Positions 17,559-26,314 of a stretch of DNA of 64,000 bases are shown here, in pieces. The stretch is taken from assembly GCA_900317155.1 (NCBI GenBank), contig ONFO01000021.1, positions 73,865-137,864 on the forward strand, in the 5' to 3' direction. A program made the position numbers and the translations under genes. Every line of letters begins with the position of its first letter. Positions within the stretch are counted from its first letter, which is position 1. The DNA comes from an uncultured Bacteroidales bacterium (GTDB lineage Bacteria; Bacteroidota; Bacteroidia; Bacteroidales; F082). A model generated the notes under the pieces. It had not been told where the DNA came from, did not search any database, and worked only from the letters and a program-made list of their open reading frames with translations.

Positions 17559-17588
17559 AGGCTGTTGGGTTAACTAACAGCTTTTTTT
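17559..17588 (+). terminator. Orphan plus-strand intrinsic terminator with no annotated upstream gene
   Basis: GCTGTT-gggttaact-AACAGC followed by T7. Confidence 0.55.
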
Positions 17589-17769
17589 GTGTTCATAAGT
17601 AAAAGTTATAAACTTAAATGAATACAGCAAGTCGAATAATCATTTCCCTAGAGTGTTGGCATAGTACCTTCTTGTAATTTACTTTAATGGAGTCACTGGA
17701 GATCTTACAAATTTTATTGGCGACTTCATTTTGAGGGAATTGTATCTTCCTGTTATGATGATAATTCGA

Positions 17770-19212
17770 TTAGTAATCGAACAAATCCTCCATCGTAATC
17801 GGTATCGGCGAGATTTCAGAATACATGTTCTCCTGGAGTCCGTATGTGGTCACGATACTCGCTTGGATTCCGCCTTTGTGACCGGTTTCCTTTTGGAAGG
17901 TTTCCATACGTCGAACTATATTTCTGTATTCCTTCTCGGTAAGAGTGTAATCGTCTTTAGAGTATTTCATTTCACAAATGGTGACAATTCCGTCGGCCCG
18001 ATCAATAACCAAATCTATCTGAACCGCGGGCTGACTGTTCTGGCTGCGCCACGAATAATACTCATGACGGATGGTGTCAAGACGCAAGCCGCGTACAATC
18101 TGTCTCACATGCCACAAGCAGACGCGTTCAAATGTGAGCCCGTACCAATTATTTTGCTCTGGGGTGCCAAGCGCATTGCGCCAGAAATGTTCGTCCGTCA
18201 CTCTTCGTGTGCAGAATTTGTAATGGAAAAGCGAGAAGAAATCAACCAATTGATAGATACCGTTTTTCTGTAGTGTGCCGTTGTTATATCTTCGCACAAA
18301 ATCACAATGTTCCAAGTCGTCCAACATGTCGGTGAGATGTCCGTTGTCTGGAATCTTCAATTCGTTAGCTATCTCAATACGAGTATAGCCATCTCTACGC
18401 GTGCAAAGCAAACGGATTATTTCCATATAGGCATCAGCATTTTTGAACAAGGAATTGAAAAGCCTTTGAAATTCATTTTCTAGTTCGGGCTCTGCTGAAA
18501 AGAAAAGCGTGTCAATGTTATCAGGAACATTTTTCTTTGGGTCAAGCAGGCTTAGGTAATATGGTACACCTCCCATAATCATGTATGCCTGCAATACGGC
18601 AATCCTTGGCCAGTGGAATTTCCTGCTTTTAAGGTATTCTTCGGTTTGCCCTAGCGAGAACGGTCGCAGATGCATGGTATGTGTGGTGCGTTTGTGAAGT
18701 CCGGCTTTGTTGTTGACAATATTACGCATCATCCAAGAGGTGGCGGAGCCACACACTACAAAGTATATGTTGTCAATCCATGAAGCACGGCTGTTCCAAA
18801 ACAGATCCAGGGCTTGTAAGAAGCCAGAGCGAGGTGTGTCAAAGCAGGGGAGCTCGTCAATGAATACGACCAAACGACGTTTGCGATTCCTGTTTTTTCG
18901 TTCCAGCAGTTCTGCGAGTTGTGTAAATGCGCCAATCCACGTGGTGGCTTTCTCACCTTTATATCCATAACGTACCAAAGCATTGTAGAAAGCCTCCATT
19001 TCTGTTTCTCTTGACCCTTCTATAACGCCAGTTGCGTAAAAGTCAAACTGGTCTTTGAAGAAATTTCGGATTAAGAAAGTCTTACCGACACGACGGCGAC
19101 CATATAAGGCAATGAACTCGCTTTTTTCTGATTCAAAATAGTCCGCGAGCTTTCCCAGCTCTGCTTCTCTGCCTATTATCTTTTCCATGTGTACAGTTAT
19201 TTGTTGCTGCAA
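17770..19212 (-). CDS. AAA-type ATPase, Arch_ATPase plus DUF234 family
   Basis: Walker A LYGRRRVGKTF, Walker B VVFIDELP, and a C-terminal DUF234-like region. Confidence 0.8.
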   Translation of the reverse strand: MQQQITVHMEKIIGREAELGKLADYFESEKSEFIALYGRRRVGKTFLIRNFFKDQFDFYATGVIEGSRETEMEAFYNALVRYGYKGEKATTWIGAFTQLAELLERKNRNRKRRLVVFIDELPCFDTPRSGFLQALDLFWNSRASWIDNIYFVVCGSATSWMMRNIVNNKAGLHKRTTHTMHLRPFSLGQTEEYLKSRKFHWPRIAVLQAYMIMGGVPYYLSLLDPKKNVPDNIDTLFFSAEPELENEFQRLFNSLFKNADAYMEIIRLLCTRRDGYTRIEIANELKIPDNGHLTDMLDDLEHCDFVRRYNNGTLQKNGIYQLVDFFSLFHYKFCTRRVTDEHFWRNALGTPEQNNWYGLTFERVCLWHVRQIVRGLRLDTIRHEYYSWRSQNSQPAVQIDLVIDRADGIVTICEMKYSKDDYTLTEKEYRNIVRRMETFQKETGHKGGIQASIVTTYGLQENMYSEISPIPITMEDLFDY

Positions 19213-19243
19213 AGGTACAAAGAATCTCTAGATTCAAAACATA

Positions 19244-19286
19244 AAACGGGCGGAAACTTCAAAAAAATGCAAGTTTCCGCCCGTTT
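19244..19286. repeat. Perfect 16-bp inverted repeat (hairpin) with an 11-nt A-rich loop
   Basis: AAACGGGCGGAAACTT-caaaaaaatgc-AAGTTTCCGCCCGTTT, 32 nt upstream of the ATPase start codon. Confidence 0.85.
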
Positions 19287-19635
19287 AACACTAATCACAA
19301 TGGAAGCAGGAACCGATAAGAAACATAATGAAGGCATTCGGCGGTAAGGGAGATGAGAAGGGGGAGACGGACGAGAAGTCGATAAAGAAGTTGCGGGAGA
19401 ACAACAAATTATTATCCGTATCCACGAAGCTGCATGATGTTTCATCATTAATTCATTATTTTGCAGTCTCAATTATGGTTACATAATAGCAAAAAAAGGC
19501 TATAAGAAAGCCAAGAAAAAACTTGCCGAGCTTGGCGTGTAAGGACTTGTTTGTTAGATTTTACAAAGAAGAAGAGTGCTAAACCGAAGTTGCTTGTAAA
19601 TTGTTGGTAACGACTGCATTTTAAACTTTTTTTTG

Positions 19636-19643
19636 TATTTTTG
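19636..19643 (+). promoter_or_regulatory. -7 promoter box TATTTTTG for the giant surface-protein gene
   Basis: TAnnTTTG, 45 nt upstream of ATG 19688. Confidence 0.55.
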
Positions 19644-19687
19644 CGGCTTCTTTTGAAAAGCAATAAAACAATCGTATATTCAACGAA

Positions 19688-22600
19688 ATGAAGAACTTAC
19701 TAAAATCTTTATTCCTGTTTATCGCTCTCTTCGCCTTCACACAAGGCGTTTGGGCGGAGACCTTTATCACCGATGTGATGGTCATCTCTGGCAACCAAAG
19801 CCAAACTGATGGTTACAAAACCCAATATCAAAATGAGGGTTGGACGGTTATCGACAACGACCTGAACGCGGGTGCAGGCGGCAACTTTATATACTTGCTC
19901 TATAAGACGAATGAAAGTTCGGGAAGCAGTGACACGGCCGTCACGGGCTTCTATCTCAAAACGGGGAATGACGATCATCCCAACTCCATAACCCACGACG
20001 GACACACCTACAGCCTCGTTCCTGCGGTCGGTTCCAACGACCTCAACTGCGGGGCCAGTGGTGCCTACATCTTTCTCTATTATACCAAGGAAGCCTTTTC
20101 ACCGGGTCGCATTGTCACCGACATCTTCTTTAACAACAATTCAAATGGTGCATTGGGTGCCAATGGTAACACATCCAGTGGCTTCGACCTCAACAGCGGT
20201 GCGGGCGGCGACTACATCTACATGCACGTTGTCACCATCACTACCGATGACATCATTAACGTTTACACGGAAGCCGAGTTGAGGAATGCGGTGATGCTCA
20301 ACGATGCCAACATCCGGATGATGGCCGACATCAATATTAGTTCGGAGGTTGAAATCAACAACAACCGTATGGTCACGCTCGACCTGAACGGCCACACGCT
20401 CGACCGTGGCTTGAGCAGTTCCACCAATTACGGCCATGTGCTGAAGGTCATCAGCGGCAGCACGCTCACCATCAACGATGCCAGCGGTGACAACAGCGGC
20501 ATCATCAAGGGAGCTTACACGGGACAAGGCGGAGGCATCCGCAACTATGGCACAATCATCATCAACGGCGGCACCATCCGCGACAACCATAGCGGCACCA
20601 AGGGCGGCGGCATTAACAACCACAACGGAGCCTCGCTCACCATCAACGGCGGTGTCATCACGAATAACGAAGCGCAAGACGGCGCTGGCATTTATAACGA
20701 AGCCAACGGAACGATAACGATCAATAATGGCTCCATCACTGGCAATACCACTAACAGATATGGTGGGGGAGGAATCACCAACTACGGTACCCTTGCCTTA
20801 TGCGGCGGCACGATCTCCAACAATACCGCCATTATGGATGGTGGAGGCATTTGGACCGACAAATCACTTACTGTCAATGGGGCTACCATAGAGGGGAATA
20901 GCGCCAAAAATGGCGGCGGCATTTGCATCTCCCATGGAACGACCGATCTCACCAACGTCACCATCAGCGGCAACACTTCAAAAGACGGCGGTGGCATCTA
21001 CATCTATGAAGACGGCACCCTCACTTTCAACAGCGGCTCCATTTCTGACAACACGACTACAGAGTACGGTGGAGGTGGCATTGCCAATCACGGCAACACT
21101 ACGATTATCGGTGGATCCATAACCGGCAACACCGCTATGGAAAACGGAGGGGGCATCTGGAGTGGAAAGACACTTACCATCAAGGGAGGCACTATCACGG
21201 GCAACCGCACTGGTAACGGCAGACTTGGCGACGGCGTCCATTTCTATGGTGGTACCTTCAATTTGGAAGGCAATCCGCAAATCTATGGAAATCTGAAAAC
21301 CAATGGACAGCCGGGTACTAATGCCTTTCTCCCAAGTGGCAAGAAGATTACCGTCAGCGGTGCCTTCACGGAAGGAGCCGATGTGAATATTGCCATGGAA
21401 AACCATGGCGTTTTCACTACGGGCTTCAAGAGCCATAACACTGTTTCCCCTGTTGCGATCTTCACACCCGACAACGCCACTTTCTATGTAACTTTGGATG
21501 GCGAAGAAGCACGTTTGAATATCGACCTCAGTGTGGTGTCGTATGTTGATCGCGCATGGGATTCAGTGAACCGAGTAGTGACAGCGCAGGTCAAGACATG
21601 TACCAACTTCACCAAATTGGAGGGCAGCAACTCCAACAGTTGCACTGAACTTGGCGACGGGTGGTATGTGGTTTACAAAAATGTCAGCTACAAGAAATGC
21701 TTGAAGATGGTTGGCGACGTGCACCTCATCCTTGTGGACGGGGCCACGCTCAACGTCAAGGATGGCATCTACATTAAGAAGGACAATACCTTTACTGTGT
21801 ATGCGCAAGAGGCTGGGCTGGGCAAGATTTATGCCCACCCTGATAGCGGCCCAGGCATCGGTGGCATGAAAAACAAAACGGCTGGGCATTTTGTCGTCAA
21901 AGGCGGTATCATCGACGCCAGGGCAGGTGCGAACAGAAACGCTGGCATCGGCGGGGGCTACGACCATAGTGGCATCCAAAGCGTCACCATATATAGCGGC
22001 AACGTCAAAGCCGTAGGCGAAGATGATGGTGCTGGCATCGGCAAAGGAAAATATAACAATGTCCATGAAGTTGTGACCATCTACGATGGCGATGTGTATG
22101 CTGAAGGTGGCGATTTTGGTGCAGGTATCGGTGGCGGCTTGGAGCGAGGCAATGGCGAAGTCATCATCTGGGGCGGCAATGTGAAAGCCAAGGGCTATAG
22201 TGGTGCAGGCATTGGAGGGGGATGTGGAGGAGACCAAGACAATCCTATCACCATTCATGGCGGCACCGTCTATGCCAAGGGCGGCGCCGGTGCAGCAGGT
22301 ATCGGTGGGGGAGATAGCTATGCCTATGCGCATTGTGACTTCTTTCCTCTCCAAGGAGGTCTGGCTGGAACCATTACTATCAACGGTGGCAACGTCACAG
22401 CCATCGGCGGTTATCTTCACGGTGCCGGTATAGGTAATGGAGGTGCACCTGAAAGTAGAACTAGAGGAAGGATTACCATTAACGGAGGTTTTGTACAAGC
22501 TTATACTGATGATTATAGAGATTGTACAAGTTCGGCCATTGAAGCGGGTGATGACTGGGGATACATCCATATCAACGGCGGTGAGGTCGTTGCCATATCC

Positions 22601-25600
22601 TACGGCTATGGGGCCGGCATCGGCAGCCACAACAAGCCTAGAATTCGTATCGATGGTGGTGATGTGACGGCAATGAGTGTTTACGGCGCTGGCATCGGTT
22701 CATACGGCTCCACTCATGATGAAGTAGGAGGTGATGGTGGCTCTATCTACATTAATGGTGGTAATATTTTTGCCATGTCAGCTGGGAAAGGCGCTGGTAT
22801 CGGTGGCGGCAATGGCCGTCATGGTGGAGAAATTCATATCAACGGTGGCAACGTGAATGCCATCGGCGGCTATTGCGAATACAGTTACTTTGCGGATCAT
22901 GGTCCTACCTTCATCAACCTTGGGTATGATGTGAACCCCGCTTATAGCATGGCCGCCACTGCCTTGATGACTTTTTTCGAAGAGTGGCTTCACTCAGGTA
23001 CCTTCGGCGGAGCGGGTATTGGCGGTGGTGACCATGGGAGCGGTGCTACGGTCAACATCACCGGAGGTACTGTCAAGGCCCAAGGTGGCATGAACTCTTG
23101 CCGGGCCATCGGCAAGGGCAATGGCGGCCGTAACAACGGCAGTTTGAGTATCTACAATAAAGCCAGAGTGTATGTCGGTGTCGGTAACGATTCCGTTGTC
23201 CAATGGAAAGGCGACCGCATAACGGCTTGCCAAGGTAACAAGGCAGCTGCAGTCACGCATTGTATCCACGACAGCCTGACCTACGCTATTTTCGATGGTG
23301 AAAAACATGTTGAACAATGTTTCCATTGCGATCATATAGCTATGAAATTCCACGTGTTTGACGATCAGGACAGATGCACCCTTTGCGGCTATGGCAAGCC
23401 GACGTATACGGTCACGGTGTATATGCCGGCTGAGAGTTGCGACGGTACCTACGAGTCGGTCACTTACACGGTGGGGCAAGGGAAAGACTTCCAGCTCCCC
23501 GAAAGCATCTCCCGCATCGGAGCACTTCAGTTTGTGGGATGGATGCTGGGTACCCCGGCCGATGTCCAAGGCTACGAGTGGATTGACTACGAGCCCTTGT
23601 GCGCTGAGAACGGCATCTATTCCAACGTCACATCCGACCTTTCTTTCATTGCCCGCTACGCAGAATATTGGGATGGAACAGGAATGGGAACTATCGGTGA
23701 CCCCTATCTGGTTGCCACCACCGCTGACCTTGACCAGCTGGCAACTCGTGTGAACGAAGGCCAGGACTTCCTCGACAAGTATTTCCTTCTTGTCGAAGAC
23801 CTAGCATACGATGGTACGGCCAACAACTACACTAGCATCGGTGGGACACGTCTCTATAACCGTTATGCTAGTTTCAACGGCACTTTCGACGGCGATGGCC
23901 ACAGCATCAGTGGCATCAACATCCAAAGCGGCATTTTCAGAGGCGTGTTCGGCTATCTGGGAGCCAACGGCAACATCACCCGATTGACGGTCAGCGACTG
24001 CACTTTCAAGGGGTCTGCGTTTATTGGCAGCATTGTTGGCTCCAATGAAGGTACCGTTGACCATTGTCTGGTGCTTGGTGGCACGGTGCAAGGTTCCACC
24101 AGTTGCGGTCATGTCATTGGCTACAACATCAAAAAGGCTCTTTTCAATTACTACACTGCCAACGACAACTTGGGCGGCATCGGTGAGAGCAATTCAGCCA
24201 GCACCGAGGTCAACCTCTTTGGCGGCGACAAAGGTTATACCATCCACTGTGCAGAGGGTTTGTCCTTAGAATATGTCAATGGATCGGCTGCAGGTAGTTA
24301 CGATGATGCCCTCATCGTACATGATGGAACCCTTTATGCCGCAGCGGGTGTCACCATTTCCTTTAAGGTGAGTCCCGCCATGGGCTTCGGCATCGAATCC
24401 CTTATGTGCAATGGTACGGAAATCACACCCAATAGTCATGGTGTCTATACCTTCACCATGCCTGCCGCCGATGTGTCAATCACCTCAATCTTGCTGCAAA
24501 CCACCTTCATTACCGAAGGCAATTGGCATGATGAAGCCAACTGGAGCCATGGCCTTCCTAGTGAGGGTAGCGATGTCGTCATCGCCGCACCGGCCACCAT
24601 TCATGGCATCGTCAATGTGGGCTATGTCACTTTTGAGAACGGAGGTAGCATCACCATCGCCGATGGTGGACAACTAATCCATGTCGACAATGTGCGGGCC
24701 ACCTTGCAGAAGGAAATCATCGGCTATGATGAAGACAACGAAGGATGGTACACCATAGCATCGCCTTCCACCAGTCCTGTCTCCACTGCCAACCTTATCA
24801 CGGAAAGTGAATACGATCTTTACCTTTACCATGAACCTACGCACTATTGGTGGAACTCTGAAGACACCCTACACAACTTCAACACCCTGAGAGATCTCGA
24901 AGGCTATCTTTATGCCAATGAAGAAAAGGTCACGCTGTCGCTCACTGGCAACATGCAAGCCACCGACAATACGGTCACCATTCCGTTAAGCTATAATAAT
25001 TCCGCTGGTAGATTGAAGGGTTTCAACCTGGTGGGCAATCCTTTCACGAGAGGACTCACACAAGGTGATCTTATCACCATTGGTGATGATGCCCTTACCA
25101 CTTACCTTTTGGCCGACGGCGATGGTGAATTGGTTTCATACGCCCTTGCCGAAAGGCCCATCGAGCCAGGTGAGGGATTCTTCGTGCAAGCCACTGAGCC
25201 TGGCCAAAACCTAGTCATCAACTCCGCCACCCGTGGGGAACAAGCGAAAGGACAACCCGCATACTTCCGCATTGAGGTGGGCAAGGAAGGCTACTACGAC
25301 CATGCCTACGTGCAGTTTGGCGGCGGCAACACCCTGCGCAAGATGAAACTCAGCGACAATATACCGAGCGTTAGTGTGTTGCACGACGGCGAAGACTGGG
25401 CAGCAGTCACCATCGGAAGTGCCACAGGCGAATTGCCTGTCAACTTCAAGGCCACGGAGAACGGAACCTATACCATTAGCATCAGCACCGAGGGCTTGGA
25501 GGTGGAGTATCTGCACCTTATTGATAATATGACGGGAGTCGACACAGACCTGCTCCAGACCCCGAGCTACAGTTTTGAGGCCAAGACGACTGACTATGAA

Positions 25601-25852
25601 TCACATTTCAAGCTGGCGTTTGCCGCAGACGAGGCCGTCTGCAGACCCAGTGAGGCCTTCGCCTTCATCAACAACGGTGAAATCATTGTCAATGGAGAAG
25701 GCATGTTGCAGGTCATTGACATGATGGGGCGCATTATCGTCAGTAGAGTCGCGGCGGGCCACATCTCTACCAACGGGATAACACCTGGCGTTTATGTGTT
25801 GCGCCTTATCAATGGTGACGATGTGAAGACACAGAAGATGGTCCTTCCATAA
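19688..25852 (+). CDS. 2054-aa mosaic T9SS-secreted surface protein (beta-helix adhesin-like)
   Basis: Signal peptide MKNLLKSLFLFIALFAFTQGVWA. Domain blocks are listed as separate features. The C-terminal T9SS type-A sorting domain is ...VIDMMGRIIVSRV...GVYVLRLINGDDVKTQKMVLP. Confidence 0.9.
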   Translation: MKNLLKSLFLFIALFAFTQGVWAETFITDVMVISGNQSQTDGYKTQYQNEGWTVIDNDLNAGAGGNFIYLLYKTNESSGSSDTAVTGFYLKTGNDDHPNSITHDGHTYSLVPAVGSNDLNCGASGAYIFLYYTKEAFSPGRIVTDIFFNNNSNGALGANGNTSSGFDLNSGAGGDYIYMHVVTITTDDIINVYTEAELRNAVMLNDANIRMMADINISSEVEINNNRMVTLDLNGHTLDRGLSSSTNYGHVLKVISGSTLTINDASGDNSGIIKGAYTGQGGGIRNYGTIIINGGTIRDNHSGTKGGGINNHNGASLTINGGVITNNEAQDGAGIYNEANGTITINNGSITGNTTNRYGGGGITNYGTLALCGGTISNNTAIMDGGGIWTDKSLTVNGATIEGNSAKNGGGICISHGTTDLTNVTISGNTSKDGGGIYIYEDGTLTFNSGSISDNTTTEYGGGGIANHGNTTIIGGSITGNTAMENGGGIWSGKTLTIKGGTITGNRTGNGRLGDGVHFYGGTFNLEGNPQIYGNLKTNGQPGTNAFLPSGKKITVSGAFTEGADVNIAMENHGVFTTGFKSHNTVSPVAIFTPDNATFYVTLDGEEARLNIDLSVVSYVDRAWDSVNRVVTAQVKTCTNFTKLEGSNSNSCTELGDGWYVVYKNVSYKKCLKMVGDVHLILVDGATLNVKDGIYIKKDNTFTVYAQEAGLGKIYAHPDSGPGIGGMKNKTAGHFVVKGGIIDARAGANRNAGIGGGYDHSGIQSVTIYSGNVKAVGEDDGAGIGKGKYNNVHEVVTIYDGDVYAEGGDFGAGIGGGLERGNGEVIIWGGNVKAKGYSGAGIGGGCGGDQDNPITIHGGTVYAKGGAGAAGIGGGDSYAYAHCDFFPLQGGLAGTITINGGNVTAIGGYLHGAGIGNGGAPESRTRGRITINGGFVQAYTDDYRDCTSSAIEAGDDWGYIHINGGEVVAISYGYGAGIGSHNKPRIRIDGGDVTAMSVYGAGIGSYGSTHDEVGGDGGSIYINGGNIFAMSAGKGAGIGGGNGRHGGEIHINGGNVNAIGGYCEYSYFADHGPTFINLGYDVNPAYSMAATALMTFFEEWLHSGTFGGAGIGGGDHGSGATVNITGGTVKAQGGMNSCRAIGKGNGGRNNGSLSIYNKARVYVGVGNDSVVQWKGDRITACQGNKAAAVTHCIHDSLTYAIFDGEKHVEQCFHCDHIAMKFHVFDDQDRCTLCGYGKPTYTVTVYMPAESCDGTYESVTYTVGQGKDFQLPESISRIGALQFVGWMLGTPADVQGYEWIDYEPLCAENGIYSNVTSDLSFIARYAEYWDGTGMGTIGDPYLVATTADLDQLATRVNEGQDFLDKYFLLVEDLAYDGTANNYTSIGGTRLYNRYASFNGTFDGDGHSISGINIQSGIFRGVFGYLGANGNITRLTVSDCTFKGSAFIGSIVGSNEGTVDHCLVLGGTVQGSTSCGHVIGYNIKKALFNYYTANDNLGGIGESNSASTEVNLFGGDKGYTIHCAEGLSLEYVNGSAAGSYDDALIVHDGTLYAAAGVTISFKVSPAMGFGIESLMCNGTEITPNSHGVYTFTMPAADVSITSILLQTTFITEGNWHDEANWSHGLPSEGSDVVIAAPATIHGIVNVGYVTFENGGSITIADGGQLIHVDNVRATLQKEIIGYDEDNEGWYTIASPSTSPVSTANLITESEYDLYLYHEPTHYWWNSEDTLHNFNTLRDLEGYLYANEEKVTLSLTGNMQATDNTVTIPLSYNNSAGRLKGFNLVGNPFTRGLTQGDLITIGDDALTTYLLADGDGELVSYALAERPIEPGEGFFVQATEPGQNLVINSATRGEQAKGQPAYFRIEVGKEGYYDHAYVQFGGGNTLRKMKLSDNIPSVSVLHDGEDWAAVTIGSATGELPVNFKATENGTYTISISTEGLEVEYLHLIDNMTGVDTDLLQTPSYSFEAKTTDYESHFKLAFAADEAVCRPSEAFAFINNGEIIVNGEGMLQVIDMMGRIIVSRVAAGHISTNGITPGVYVLRLINGDDVKTQKMVLP
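19757..20270 (+). other. Three-fold repeat DLNxGAGGxxIYLxY, reminiscent of an MABP-type beta-prism
   Basis: DLNAGAGGNFIYLLY, DLNCGASGAYIFLYY and DLNSGAGGDYIYMHV, spaced ~55-60 aa apart. Confidence 0.4.
20528..21270 (+). other. About 9 Pmp-like (GGGI / polymorphic outer membrane protein type) parallel beta-helix repeats
   Basis: Recurrent GGGI(R/N/Y/W/C/A)N...G(T/S)(L/I)TINGG.I..N units with a ~24-aa period. Confidence 0.7.
21840..23130 (+). other. Second repeat array: I.I.GG.V.A.GG..GAGIGGG units (about 15 copies)
   Basis: GPGIGGM, NAGIGGGY, GAGIGKGK, GAGIGGGL, GAGIGGGC, AAGIGGGD, GAGIGNGG, GAGIGSH, GAGIGSYG, GAGIGGGN, GAGIGGGD and others. Confidence 0.7.
23228..23395 (+). other. Cys/His cluster (possible Zn-binding knuckle) followed by a Listeria-Bacteroides (Flg_new-like) repeat
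   Basis: C..(8)..HC.H...(17)...CFHCDH...(15)...CTLCGYG, then YTVTVY...GKDFQLPE...FVGW. Confidence 0.4.
23870..24130 (+). other. GLUG-motif domain
   Basis: FNGTFDGDGHSISGINI...GVFGYLG.NGNITRLTVSDCTFKGS.FIGSIVGSNEGTVDHCLV. Confidence 0.6.
25650..25849 (+). other. T9SS C-terminal sorting domain (type A)
   Basis: AFAFINNGEIIVNGEGMLQVIDMMGRIIVSRVAAGHISTNGITPGVYVLRLINGDDVKTQKMVLP. Confidence 0.8.
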
Positions 25853-25910
25853 AGTCAACCTAAATTCAAATGAAGCCTTGGGGTAAAAAAGGATCTACAG
25901 GGCATTCACA

Positions 25911-26132
25911 ATGCCAAAAGGCAGCGCAAAAAAAGTTTGCCCTTTTCCATTGCAAAAAGCTGGAAAAAAACACGGCTTGACCTTTTGCGCGTGTGAAAAG
26001 GTCGACCAAACGCTTTTTCTGCCGATTTTCATGGTAAAAAGCCAGCGCAGAAAAAAAGTCCGCCTTTTTCCATGCAAAAAGCTGGAAAAAAACACAGGTC
26101 TGCCTTTTTGCATTGCAAAAAGGCAGACCTGG
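25911..26132. repeat. Two ~80-bp imperfect direct repeats (25911-25990 and 26031-26110), each ending in a strong A/T-run hairpin
   Basis: Shared core CCAT(T)GCAAAAAGCTGGAAAAAAACAC. Hairpins are GACCTTTT-gcgcgtgtg-AAAAGGTC (25979-26003) and a perfect 17-bp palindrome, AGGTCTGCCTTTTTGCA-t-TGCAAAAAGGCAGACCT (26096-26130). Confidence 0.8.
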
Positions 26133-26314
26133 CATTTTGCCTTCCCGTGAGCATTCCGAAATAGCACGTTTATTGCATGTCTATTACGCGGATATGTAAT
26201 AAACACCCGCTGTGGTATTTTCATGTCTTTTGGTTTGCAAAAATACAAAATATTTGTAAAACGCAAACTAAAGTTAGAAAAAAATACAATATCTAAGCTG
26301 CTCCTAAACGCTCT

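Noticed and set aside
17731-18273. 180-aa plus-strand ORF overlapping the DUF234 ATPase gene
   Set aside because: It is antisense to a gene with Walker A and B motifs, with no independent support.
20141-23569. Long minus-strand ORFs (178, 152, 355 and 191 aa) and several plus-strand alternative-frame ORFs within the giant adhesin gene
   Set aside because: They are by-products of the GC-rich Gly/Ala/Ile repeat codons. Their translations are repetitive (Ala/Val/Asp/Thr-rich), they have no promoter boxes, and they overlap a frame with clear domain signatures.
25866-26266. Overlapping ORFs of 79-123 aa on both strands in the hairpin-repeat region
   Set aside because: Their repetitive Lys/Phe/Cys-rich translations mirror the DNA repeats and palindromes. 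I treat them as artefacts of a non-coding repeat element.
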